From Eledone cirrhosa (lineage: Eukaryota): a stretch of DNA of 64,000 nucleotides. This document shows positions 38,344-50,497 of this stretch, piece by piece. The translations under genes and the position numbers were made by a program. Positions within the stretch are counted from its first letter, which is position 1. Each line of letters opens with the position of its first letter. The notes beneath the pieces are model-generated. The model saw only the letters and a program-made list of their open reading frames with translations. It did no database searches and was not told where the DNA came from. The DNA is taken from positions 365,118,001 to 365,182,000 of the forward strand of contig OZ024741.1 of NCBI GenBank assembly GCA_964016885.1, given 5' to 3'.

Positions 38344-39496
38344 TTATTGTTGTTGGGCTGGTGGTGGTGTTGGTTGTTTTTGGTGTTGTTGTTGGGGTGT
38401 TGGTAGCAATGTTTTTTTTTGTGTGAGCTGGGGACAGGCAGCCCTCAGGTGACCTCTGTCGCCACAGAGGTAGCAGGAAGGACGCCTACCCTCCACAATA
38501 ATTTTGAGGTATGTACGGTCATCCAGCATGACGCGTTCACGGATTTGGGCGATACGTTCTGGCCTTATTTGGGTCAGAACTTCAATGCTCGTTCCACTGA
38601 ACGCGTCGCCGGATTTCTTCCCTATTAATATTAGGTTGTCCTCTTCCAAATTGAGGAAACCGGTTAGTAACCACCAGTAGTTTATGTTTGGGGTGATGGT
38701 GCTTATCCAAATTCTTTGGCTTTTTTTACCCATGTAGGTTGGAAAAAAGGTGTAATGCGTGGAACGAATTGGCGACACAGAATATTTTTTCGCCGCCAAT
38801 TTGTCTTTCATCAATATGGATAAGCTCTCATAGAGTTTATCCTTTTGTATGAAAATTATATCTTTCATAGCCTCTTTCAGGACCAACTGAATTTCAGCTT
38901 GCGTTGGTTGTGCTGGTTTTCTTGTTTTGTTGGCAATTGTACGGAATACAACAGTTCGTAATTCCGAATTTTTTTTTAGTTCTGGGGGCGAATTGATGGA
39001 AAAAGATCCATTTTCGCCAAAAGATACATATTTTTTTGCTTTTACAAACATTTCTTTAGCATCTGTTATGCACATAGGTGACTGATATTTTAGCAGTCTG
39101 TGCAAAAGATATTTTGTTTACGTTGTTGGTGTTTGAGTTCTGTTTCTCGTTGTTCTGTGTCTCGTAGTTTGAGTTATTTTCATTTTTGTTGTTGTTGTCT
39201 TTCTCATTTAGTGTGTTGGTTTTGTCATTTTTAGTGTTTTCGTTGTAATTAATTGGGTTTGCACCCGTATTTACTTGTTTGTCCGGCATATCGCCTTTTA
39301 CAATGTATTTTAAAACGTTGACGCGGGAAAGCAAAGCGCTTTGTACCGCTTGTTTCTTTCTCTCTTCTTCCTTAGTGAGCGTGGCGTTTTCGTTCACACG
39401 TGCTACAGACATGGCGTCAATTTTAGACATGTGACTCAGCAAAAAATTTTTAGGAGTAGTTTTTACCCCCAAAAGGGGTAAAAATACGATGACCAC
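38344..39496 (-). pseudogene. LINE ORF1/Gag-like coding remnant with CCHC zinc knuckle
   Basis: Two overlapping ORFs, 39056-39496 and 38344-39105. CYLCGDRGHLRAAC fits CX2CX4HX4C and is followed by a Q/P/T-rich low-complexity region. Confidence 0.75.
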
Positions 39497-39971
39497 CTGT
39501 CTACAAACCTAGCCGGGTGGTCAAAAGACACGAAGACAACACAATAAAGAAACAAACACACTGTCGATAGGTAAAAATTCAAAAAGGCAGGAGCCGATGT
39601 TGTACACGTCTATACTATGCGAGATAGATAGATAGATAACTACATTGCCAAAGATAGAAGAAATGTTTAAAGCAAAGAGATTTGAAGTCTCAACAGTAAG
39701 TGTCACTGGCTTGATAGTTTACTCACGTGACAATCTCACTTGTAATTTTATAACACTTTTCATCTTCATACAATAGTATATATGATGGAAAAAATAAACT
39801 GGTGCGGCTTCATTGAAATTAACGAACACTTGTGTTAAATAAACTGAATTCCTATAAATGTTATCTCGCAAAATCAGACAACACACATATACAATCACTT
39901 TCATTAATGGACAGACATACATAGCATGTGAAGTATACAAAGACGCAGGTACTCACACACATACATACATA

Positions 39972-40915
39972 AGAGGTCTAAAGAAAACATCTGCAGCTTG
40001 ATTTTTTTCCTGTGGAAAGCAATGACGTTAGGAAGGCAAAGGTGAGCTGAGTGGAGTTGCATTTATTCATCTGCATGCGTGGTTTATGGCAAGCTCAATG
40101 AATCCATCAGTCATTGCTAGGCAGCCAGCTTATGAGGTACTGTGCAACTTACTCATCGCATTTTTAATTCGCCCAATATTGTCAACGAGGGTACTGCGTT
40201 CTACAATGCTGTGATAACTGTGGGTAAGAAGTGGGTGTACTATTACGACACGGAAACCAAAGCTCAGCCACCACACTGGCAGCACCCAACATCTCCAGCG
40301 TACACCAGTCATGATACTTATTGTTTTCTTTGACTATCTGGATGTTGTACAAATATGTACTGGAAGGGCAAATTGTTTCAGAGGAATCCCATCATAAACT
40401 TCTCCAACATTTTCATGATGCTCCTCAGCACAAGAGATCGGATGTAGGCCTCGCAAAACTAGCAGTTGCAGCTTTACAATGTCCTTGCTCATCCATCGTA
40501 GCTAATAGACTTGTCTCCTTCTGACTTCTGATTGTTCCCTAAAAGAAAGAATCCACCGAAAGACTCTCGCTTTGAGAGACCTGTGGACATCATGCCAGCT
40601 GCGACAGTAGAGCTGAGAGTCATTCCAGATTAAATATTCCTGACGTGGTTCGAAGAGTGGAAGAATCGATGGGCTTAGTGAGTGGATGCAGATGGGGTTT
40701 TGAGAGACGTGTGGGAATCATGCTAGCCGCGACGGTAGAGCTGAAAGCCATTCCAGAATAGATATTCTTGCCGGACTTCGAAGAGTGGAAGGATCGCTGG
40801 GCTTAGTGAGTGGAATTACAAGGGGCTTACATCGAAGATTATTAGGAAGTGAACACCACCAGCTAAGTTATCATTTTGTCAATATATGGTTGAATATATT
40901 TTCGACATACCTCAT
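39972..40915 (+). mobile_element. Degraded mariner transposon
   Basis: VITVGKKWVYYYDTETKAQPPHWQHPTSP resembles mariner IVTGDEKWVYYYDPETK.QS..W....SP. GAGG../..CCTC(A)TA termini and an internal ~120 bp duplication near 40575-40815. Confidence 0.8.
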
Positions 40916-41345
40916 ACATAAAAATATCTATATTATCGGTTATCGCGTCTCAGAAACCATTTTAGTCAATTGTTTGCCTTTAGAAAGAATCGTTAAGATA
41001 AATTCTAATAATCTATATATTTAATGTTGTTTAATATAGTTCAAATTTCAAGTAAAGTAGAAATTGAGATATTTTTTGAAAGCTTAAATAGTATCAATAG
41101 AAATAAAAATAATAATCGGCCATTTTACATTTTGATATGAGACTTATCAATTTGTGTATGCAAGGTGTGGCCGAATGTGTTTTAATGTACGTGTAGGAAA
41201 AACTAACCGAAGAGCAGTATATATATATGTATGTATGTGTGTATGTGTGTGTGTATGTATGTATGTATGTATGTATGTATGTATGTATGTATGTATGTAT
41301 GTATGTATGTATGTATGTATGTATGTATGTAGGTATTTATGTATG

Positions 41346-41387
<42 letters not shown>

Positions 41388-41393
41388 TGTATA

Positions 41394-41478
<85 letters not shown>

Positions 41479-41587
41479 ATATATATATATATATATAAAT
41501 GAAAATAAATATATATTTTATGAGCATTATTTTATGAGCAAAAGTAACAGTTCTAATCCTGAAAACATTCCCATTAAACAAAGACAC

Positions 41588-41618
<31 letters not shown>

Positions 41619-41754
41619 TACACACACACACACACACACCAACACACACGTCGGGGTCATACTTTATCCTATTACCCACTCTACTACCCTAAGTATTGAG
41701 TACTCTGATGCGTTATGGTCTATCTGGTTTTTTACCACAACTCCTTCGTTATAT

Positions 41755-41867
41755 ATTCAAATGCCGCCGAGGTTAACTTTGCCTTTCATCCTTATGGGGT
41801 TGATAAAATAAAGTACCAGTAATACACTGGGTAATTTGCTGGCCTTGTGCCAAGAAAGTAGAAACAG

Positions 41868-41870
<3 letters not shown>
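41755..41870 (+). mobile_element. SINE family A, 5'-truncated
   Basis: Core and tail match 261-449. Confidence 0.85.
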
Positions 41871-41911
<41 letters not shown>

Positions 41912-42087
41912 CGTGTTGTCTACCTTTCGTGGTAGGGTTCATACCGTAAATAGAACTCAATGTAATTCGATGGTGAGTAATCCAGTGAAATCCATAGAGA
42001 AGCTCTGAGTTAATTCCTTAGATACAGAGTCAGATATTAAATGAAAATAAAAATTACAAATTCAAGTTATTCTACCTATCCATATCA

Positions 42088-42211
42088 TTGTTTTATGATC
42101 GTTTCGGAGGGTCGATCATATTGACATAGTGTCTGATCTATAGAAGTTATATAACTGTATACTATCAGACCTCATATATAGGTTCGATCAGGCCGTCTTC
42201 TTCAGAAACAA
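42088..42211 (-). ncRNA. Type I HHR with ~90 nt extended stem II
   Basis: Minus strand TTGTTT-CTGAAGA-[hairpin including GTCTGAT/ATCAGAC]-GAAA-CGATCA-TA-AAACAA. Same architecture as 2432-2578. Confidence 0.7.
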
Positions 42212-42906
42212 TATATATATATATCAGTCATATTACACCATCAAAAATAGCTAATACAATTTCAGGGTATAAAATATATGTAAGGCTCCATTTATGCAAA
42301 TTATATTAAGGTGTAATTATGTATGGTATATTCAAAGTAAGCATTGCAAGCAAAAATGTATTTAAAAATAAAAAATATAATCTTACCTACAAATATTTGC
42401 TTAAACTGTACGGTTTCATTCGTCAGGAAAATTACTAACTAAGAAAATTAACCGGTAATTAAGGCGTCAAAATCATCAATAAGCATAGTCTTAAAACACA
42501 CGTTACAACATTTCCAGAAAAATGCAACTAAAATTACCTGTGTGGCTCAAACCTACAGACAGTAAAACTCTCACAACAAAAATGACACGCTTATATTATA
42601 AAATATAAAAACCATGGGTTTTAGCATTGATTGCCAAATAAATTAACTATGGAGATATAAAAGATGCAGAAGCGAAAACCAACCAAACAGTGAGTGGGTT
42701 CTGTTATTATTACAACAATATGACCCTCCCCAAGTATAACAATATATATATAGATATATTGATGGTCTGTAACTTTAAATTAGTATAGATACACCAACTG
42801 CAATACTCGGTGCATAGGTGGGGTCTGCTTAAGTATAGTATGTGCTGTTGTACATTTGGTGTTATACTACGGTCGGTCTTCTGTATAATCAGAGTGTTAA
42901 TAATAA

Positions 42907-43096
42907 TAATTGTTTCTACTTTTGGCACAAGGCCAGCAATTACTCTAGTATATTACTGGATCTTTATTTTATCGACCCCGTAAGGATGGCAGGCAAAGTT
43001 TACTTCGGCGGGATTTGAACTCAGATCATAAAGGGCCATAACTCTATGCTGCAAAGCATGGCGTCTAACACTCTACCGATTTTGCCAATCCACCAC
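42907..43096 (-). mobile_element. SINE family A copy
   Basis: Matches 261-449. Confidence 0.88.
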
Positions 43097-43129
43097 CTTC
43101 GTGTTTTAATAATAATAGTGAGGAGGAAC

Positions 43130-43650
43130 GTTGTGTCAAAGTATCATCATATATTCAGGCGTGACGCGCGTTTCGCGATTGATCAGCTCAGGGTGCGATC
43201 CATATCGATCAAGAATGACTCTGGAATTAATATCTAATCAGATGTAACTGCATACGCAGAGTTGAATGCCCACTGGGTGACTAGTGCCTCTCTAGAAACA
43301 TCGTATACCAGTGTGAATTGGTGACAAATACTAAAGCAAATACTTATATCGCAGTAACCCCAACAACGTTTAAGCAGCAGCTACACAACCATAGAAGCTC
43401 CTTCAAAAACAGAAAGAAGCGCTCCCACATACAACAGGCCGACTTGATCTGGAGCCTCAAACATAACAACACGATGTACCAGATCAAGTGGTCCATACGT
43501 AAGCGCGAAGGTCCCATTCTGTTGAGAACATCTACTGTAGCTTGTGCCTCGTCGAATCAACGGAGATCATTAGATTGTATTCCAACAGGATTGATTCGAA
43601 ATTCGAGATAATCGTAAACTGCAGGCACTCTAAAAGACATACATTTTTAT
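43130..43650 (+). pseudogene. Naiad-like PLE GIY-YIG remnant, preceded by an inverted degenerate HHR fragment
   Basis: ECPL..CLSRNIVYQCELV...TYIAVTPTTFKQQLHNHRSSFKN...LIWSLK...IKWSI. The minus strand carries GAAACGCGCGTC at 43163-43174. Confidence 0.75.
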
Positions 43651-43897
43651 GTTTTCCCATTCAACACAAACCACAACTAGCTCCCAGAAGCAGCTTTACG
43701 GTCACATATTTGTGACATATATTTCTGTGTGTACACTCACCAGACCTTCACTCCTGTATACGGTAGGACAATCTTTTCTCTGCCAAACAACGAATAACCT
43801 CCACAACAGAGACACACACATCACTGTATCCACAATACAACTCCTTCCACAATACAACGGTAATGTTACTAATATTACATTTTATTTTTTCTTATTA

Positions 43898-44062
43898 CCG
43901 TATTTCCCGGCGTCGAAGACACTACTTTTTTCCTAAAATAAGTCTCAAAAATCTACCATGCGTCCTGGAGGCTGAAGCTTGTTTAATATTTTTTTTCAAA
44001 TTTTTGGTTGTCAAAATTAGGGTGCGTCCTCGAGGACGAAGCGTCTTCGGCGTCGGGAAATA
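43898..44062. mobile_element. pogo/Tc2-like MITE
   Basis: TIRs (CC)GTATTTCCCGGCGTCGAAGAC and GTCTTCGGCGTCGGGAAATAC, with TA at the left flank. A left-end fragment also occurs at ~62019-62085. Confidence 0.75.
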
Positions 44063-44120
44063 CATTACGTTTATTATTATTATCAGTATTTTCATCATCA
44101 TTGTTTGTATCAGTATTGAT

Positions 44121-44752
44121 GGGCGGTGGATTGGCAGTATCGGTAGAGGGTCGGACGCCATGCTTTCCAGCATAGTTACGTCCCTTTACGATCTGAGTTC
44201 CCGCCGAGGTTGACTTTGCCTTTCATCCTAACGGGGTCGATAAAATAAAGTACCAGTAATGCACTGGGTAATTGCTGGCCTTGTGCCTAAAGTAGAAACA
44301 ATTATTGATATTATCAGTAACGCCATAACTATTACGGCTATTATTATAATGTTAATTACCATTATCATTACTATTGCGATGCTTATTATTACTATCGTCA
44401 GGGCGGTGGATTGGCATAATCAGTAGATCGTCGGACACCATGTTCCACATAATAGAGTTATGGCCCTTTACGTTTTGAGTTCAAATCCCGCCTAGGTTAA
44501 CTTTGTCTTTCATCCTTACGGGGTCGATAAAATAAAGCACCAGTAATGCACTGAGGTAATTGCTGGCCTTGTGCCGAAAAGCGAAGCATTATTACTATCG
44601 TCAGAATGGTAGATTGTCAGTATCGGTAGAGCTTTGCCCATCATCCTTACAGGCTCGATAAAATATAGTACCAATAAGCACTGGGGTCGATTTAATCGAC
44701 TTTCCCCTTCTTTTTAAATTGCTGGCCTTGTGCCTAAAGTAGAAACAATTAT
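44121..44752 (+). mobile_element. Cluster of three head-to-tail SINE family A copies
   Basis: Copies at ~44121-44305, 44401-44580 and 44605-44752, separated by (ATT)-rich tails. Confidence 0.88.
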
Positions 44753-44954
44753 TACTATACTCATTATAACTGTCGTTTATACCAACATGTCAGTTCACAG
44801 CCCATGATGTAATAAGACATCCCCATATGAATATTGAGTTTTACCCTGCTCTGTTATCTATAGGTGCCTGAAGATGTGTAATCGTCTGCGTCTATGTCTA
44901 TGCATGCAACAAGGCAGGCGTGTGTGAGTATGCACATATATATATATATATATA

Positions 44955-45561
44955 TATTAGTAAAAAGGAAAAGAAAATGCTGACAAATTTTTCCCAGTGT
45001 AAAATAGTTTAATTAGGAATAAGTATAAATTAGTAATAAGTATTGGTTAGTATTCAGTTTTAGCTTTAAGTTTTTACCGGTTGCGCATTTCTAATGCTTT
45101 TCAAAAATAATTTTGAGATAGGGCGCCCGTGATGTTTGCTCTAAACTGATCAGTTTTGGAAATTCTTCCTGTTTTATGTGAAAAAAGTGGCTTCAGAGGT
45201 TTTAAGATTTGGTTGATGAATGTCACGTGAATAAGTACTATAAATTTCGCGCCAATTCGTGTTGCAAAAATTCTTGTAGTCAAAACAATTTTGATTGGTC
45301 GGTAGAGGTCACGTGAATGTTAAAAATTGATTTTAGCGCGAACTGGTTTGGCGCCAAATGTAGGTTTGTCGAAGAGTGTCCTTTTTCGATTGAGTGAGTT
45401 GCAGTCATGTTGAGAAGTCACTGAAAAACATGTCTATTAAAACAAATATGTGTGTGAGTGTGTAGTAAAGAGGTTCATTGTTGTGATAATGGCCAGTAGG
45501 GATATGTGTGTGAGTTGCAGTCATGTCGAAAGGAAAACAGTTCAGGTTTCTATTAAGACAA

Positions 45562-45604
<43 letters not shown>

Positions 45605-45672
45605 GAGGTGTGACACACGAGTGGTGATATATTAGTAAAAAGGAAAAGAAAATGCTAACAAATTTTTCCCAA
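44955..45672 (-). mobile_element. Neptune-like PLE 3' region/pLTR plus a partial second copy
   Basis: Reverse complement of ~58200-58690. The terminus and tail are repeated at 45602-45672. Confidence 0.85.
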
Positions 45673-45679
45673 TGTTACC

Positions 45680-47051
45680 TCGCCCTCAAACCCCATAATG
45701 ACCCCGGGGGGGGGGGGATTTAGACAAGGGCTGGCTGAAACACCCCACTTGCCGACTTTATAAGGGGTAACCCCTGCTTACAAAGGTAGACGTAACTTTT
45801 TAATATATTTTTTAATATATTTTTTATTGTTTCCTCTATATTTCCTTCTTCCCCCATCCCTTCCTAGTCCTTCCAGCCCAGATCTCTTTCTTCGTCGTCG
45901 TTCTTTTCACCTTCTCGTCCACCCCGCTGCAGCCCTTCGGTCCTCTGTAGCCTCAGTACCCCCAACCCCCCTTATTTTATGATAGAATTGGCCGATTCCG
46001 CTTGTTATAGCAGATGTTCTAGACCCCAGATACTTGCTTTCTTCTCTGATTGCTGCCCCATTTCCGTGATTTCTAGATTTCTTAGTGGTATTTCTGCTTT
46101 AGTTTCTCGTATATCAGTATTTATTTTTTGGGGGATTCTGAATTAATTTTTCGTATTAGTATTTCATATATATTGTACGAGTATTTATGTAGATTGTATT
46201 AGAATTTATGTATTGTAGCAGTCTTTATATATATTGTATGAGTATTTATATAGTTTGTATTAGAATTTATGTATTGTAGCAGTACTTATATATATCGTAT
46301 TAGTATTCATGTTTCGGGATTCTGAATTAATATTTTGTATTAGTTTCGGGACTCTGAATTATTATTTCGTATTAGTTTGTTTAGTATTTTTGCCCCCTAC
46401 TTGTTGACCTGTCATTGTAAGATAGATTTGGCCGATTACTACTAACTCATAACATTCTTTCACTACAATCTCGTATTTAGTATTCCGTCCCACCTATTAA
46501 ACGTTTCTATAGCTTAGCAGTATCAGTGAGAGATTTGATGATTGTGGAAGGGGAATAGTAACTAGAAATTTTTTTTTTTATATTTTTTATATTTTTTATA
46601 TTTTTTATATATTTTATATTTTTTATATTTTTTATATTTTTTATATTTTTTATATTTTTTATATTTTTTATATTTTCTATATACTTACTCCATATAGATT
46701 TACTCATTGTTTCAACCCTCCCCCTCCCCTTCTCTAGTATACTTTTTTCGACCTTCTCTCCTTAGAATCTGCTGTAGTTGTCACTTTAAACGCTTGACTG
46801 GGTTTCCTCCACTCCCTCTCCCTCTTTCTTCTACTGGCAAGTTCAGCTACCCCTACCTTCCACAAAATGCCATGATAGAATGATGTGTCTCAACAACAAA
46901 CTTTTGACTAATCCTTGTGACAATCACATTTACCATATATGGAATTACCCCCTGAGAAGTTCGCTATTCATTCACCAGGATAAACATTTTCATGTATTCC
47001 AGGATTAGCCGTCAAAACGGCTTGAGTTCAGCCGTCGGGGTCTTACTTGTT

Positions 47052-47054
<3 letters not shown>
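45680..47054 (+). mobile_element. Second copy of the 22281-23572 element, with HHR at ~46947-47041 and an expanded 9-mer (TATTTTTTA)n
   Basis: Colinear with 22281-23492. The HHR has the same CTGAGAA core, and GAAA is mutated to AAAA. Confidence 0.85.
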
Positions 47055-47119
<65 letters not shown>

Positions 47120-47163
47120 TACTTCAAAATATTAATAAATATAGACATTCATGTGATCAAATA

Positions 47164-47229
47164 TATTTTATTATGCATATTTCAGAGTTACTGAGCTTTT
47201 TCAACAGTACGTCCTCATCAGATAAAATA
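47164..47229 (-). ncRNA. HHR in the left-arm PLE 3' end
   Basis: Minus strand TATTTTAT-CTGATGA-GGACGTACTGTT-GAAA-[extended stem III]-TA-ATAAAATA, with an 8 bp stem I. Confidence 0.6.
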
Positions 47230-48436
47230 AGTTGATGCTTGACATACCTTGACTATGCTGATGGTTATAATTTAGTCATGACAGTGATTAGTTATGACAA
47301 AACTCGATATTTATTACCTTAAGTTGAAACATGAAAAATTACATATAATACAGAGGGTGCGTATGAGAATGTGTAAAAAGATATATATATAATTAATAAT
47401 ATAAAATACATAAACTTATATAACTGTTAAACATTTAAATAATAATAATATATTCATACCTCATTATTGACGATAGTGGAAGTGATAGATCGAGATAGCA
47501 AATCATGAGGAAAGAGAGAAAAAGAGAAAAAAGAAAAAACGGAGATTTGATCGTAGGAAGAAGAGAAGGGAGAAATGATCAAGTGATAGAGAGAGGAAAC
47601 TAAGTTAAATCGTATAGTCAAAGGGTGGGAGATATGTATTGTAACATGTAAATAGCGTATAATTAGATAGGGAGAAAGAATAATGCTTGACCGTTTATTT
47701 TCAAATCTTAAGTTAATTGAAAATAGTCAGTTAATCAAATGACCTAAGATTTTACACTATAAAACTTTAAAGAATTTATATTATTGTATTATATCTGAGT
47801 TCAATCAAATGTAACGTGAAAGAGATAAATTTATGTCCATCATAACTCCAAATGTATTCGCAAGTATATTTATAATTATACTAAAATCAATAATATAATC
47901 AATATATTAGTAAAAAAGCTTTAAAATGAAAATGTTATTAATAAGTCATAAAGCATTATAAATGTATCTAATAAGATATTATTAAACCAGATTTATCTAC
48001 ATATACACATTTATATAATTTATATATAGACTATACATTTTAAGGTTTAAGGCGATATTATTCACTTATATGTAGTATAATTTCTGTTGGGAGCGTTATA
48101 AGTATAATTCAACTAGATTTTACTGTATTTAAAATTTACAGCAATTTAGGTATACAAAAAAAAAATTATCAACTTGGATCTAAGGAGACTTTTATACTAT
48201 AAATGTATAATCATATCCTCATGAATCGTAAATAACCTTTCAAAGTAAATAAACGGTTAACAAGCCTGAATACATTAAAGGTATCAAATATATAAGATAT
48301 AAGATTTAGAAAATACGAAAATCAAAATTAAATGTATTTAAACAATGTAAAGGTCATACGTACTGAACAAGAGATCAGGTTAACACTTTCAATGTTAAGG
48401 TAGAAATCCTTAATCTAATATTAATAATAGTATAAA

Positions 48437-48535
48437 TAATTGTTTCTACTTTAGGCACAAGGCCAGCAATTACCCAGTGTATAACTGGTACTTTATTTTA
48501 TCGACCCCGTAAGGATGAAAGGCAAAGTAAACCTT
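48437..48535 (-). mobile_element. SINE family A fragment inserted in the left arm only
   Basis: Absent at the mirror position (~52410). AATAAT occurs on both sides. Confidence 0.85.
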
Positions 48536-48679
48536 AAATAATAAAAGCATTACAAGAATTTTTAATCTGAGCCAATATTGTTTCACACTCAGAGTTATTA
48601 ATAAACGTCTAAATCATTTCGCATTTATTCAATGTTTTTTCCTGATTTTTTGTGAAGCTTGAAATGTAGATGTAGCCTT

Positions 48680-50476
48680 GTGCAAGCAATTTGAGAATAA
48701 TTCACTTTTTTTGTTAATTAACTTATCATAATTATTAATTATTAATAGGGTCTTATATCACAAAGATTGCAGTTAGGTGATACAGATGAATTAATGTAGA
48801 CTTTAGGTGATACAGATGAATTAATGTAGGCTATTACAGAGTTTTGACTAAAATATTGTCTCTAAATTTTTGTCTTTCAAAGACCATATTAGTTGTGATA
48901 AAGAAGTGGAGAATTTCTTATCCGGATTCGAAAAAGAGTGCTTGTAATTCGAATATCTTAATTTAAAGCTCGATGAGGCTGCTCCTATATAGTTGTAGGT
49001 GATGTTATTTGCTTTAACGGTACATTTATAAACTAGGTTCTTATCGAGACAATTATTTTGCAGAGGGCAATTCGATCTATTACTACAGTTACATTTCGAT
49101 TTAATGTTATTATTATCATTTAAACTGTACACGTTATCATTGCTAATAGATGAAGGTGTTCTGTTGTGAGTGCTTAAGTTAATGTTATTGTTATTCACAG
49201 TATCAGTATTATTGCTAATGTTAATATTGCCATTATCCCTAATTGTGTTTTGGTTATGATTAAGAATTCTACTATTTATTTTTGCAATGTTCTGTGCCAT
49301 ATTCATAGTTGTTGAGTATGCTAGCTTAATTGTAGGTCTATTGAATATAGAATGGTATTTATGTGTACTGGGAAACATTTATCTAAAGCCTTAAAGAATA
49401 AATTTGCCAGGTGTGTTTTGATAGCTAAAGATGCGGGGGGTGCAGAACAAAATCACTGCTTTGGTTCTGATTTTTTCCCGAGATTATTCACGACATTATC
49501 ATTTGTATTTATATTTATATAATTTTTAGAGTCCGCTTTATTTATGTTATTCGTATTTTTACCTAATTTATAATTCGAATTAGTATTATCTAGATATTCA
49601 ATATTATTTTTATATCCTGCCTTATGTAATATATCATTATAATATCCAGCTTTTTCTTCAAAAATGGATTTATTAGCAGATAATCTAGTTAAGCGTTTTT
49701 TAACACTATTGACTATTGCATTCTTCACGGATTTAGCGTGATTTGAGTAATAGTTAACATAATTTAGGTTTCCGTTGGGCTTATAGAAGGGGTAATATAA
49801 TCCTGATTTAAATTAAGGGTGACATCAAGGAAGTTAACTACTTTAGTGCTACTTTCAACTTCTAATTTGAGGTCATAATTTTTAAAGAATTCTATTATTG
49901 TTTTCTTAACCCTATTTAGTTCTGTATTGCTATGCTTAACTGCAGTAAATAAAATGTCATCCCTATATAAACCACCAGTAATCTCCGGCAATTTTCTATT
50001 TACCATATTGAGGATAAAAATTCCCAGAAGATCGGTAATTTGTGCAGAGTCAGATGACCCCCATGGTAATGTCAACATTTCTATTCCTATCCGAGCGTGT
50101 CCAAAGCTCATTATTAAAATTAATTAGGGTTCTTCTAACCGTTAATATGATATTAATCTCCTCGATAGTTAGATCTGAATGTTTATAAGCGTAAGACAAA
50201 GCCTTATTCAAGAGGTTAGGTGTAATAGGTGAGTAGTAACTTGTTATGTCCATTTGAATAAATTTGTGACTTTTCTTATTTTCTATATTTTTAAACCAGT
50301 CAATTACTTCACTAGTGTCCTTCCATAAGCTCAGCTTTGACTTCAATTTCAATGTTGGTAAAATTCTATCAATAATATTTTTACTGATTACTCCAATGTC
50401 CGACTTAGATGGAGCTATCAGTCTAACCGGCAAGTCTTCTTCAACATTTCTCTTGTGATCCTTAAAGTTTATCCTC
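48680..50476 (-). pseudogene. Naiad-like PLE RT and GIY-YIG pseudogene, left arm
   Basis: VRLIAPSKSDIG, FIQMDITSYY, DITMG, GLYRDDIL, VNFLDVTLNL, IFNRPTIKLAYS, CNC..CPLQNNCL..LVYKC..YIG; several frameshifts. Confidence 0.93.
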
Positions 50477-50497
50477 AGCTTTTGAAGAAGACTTGCC

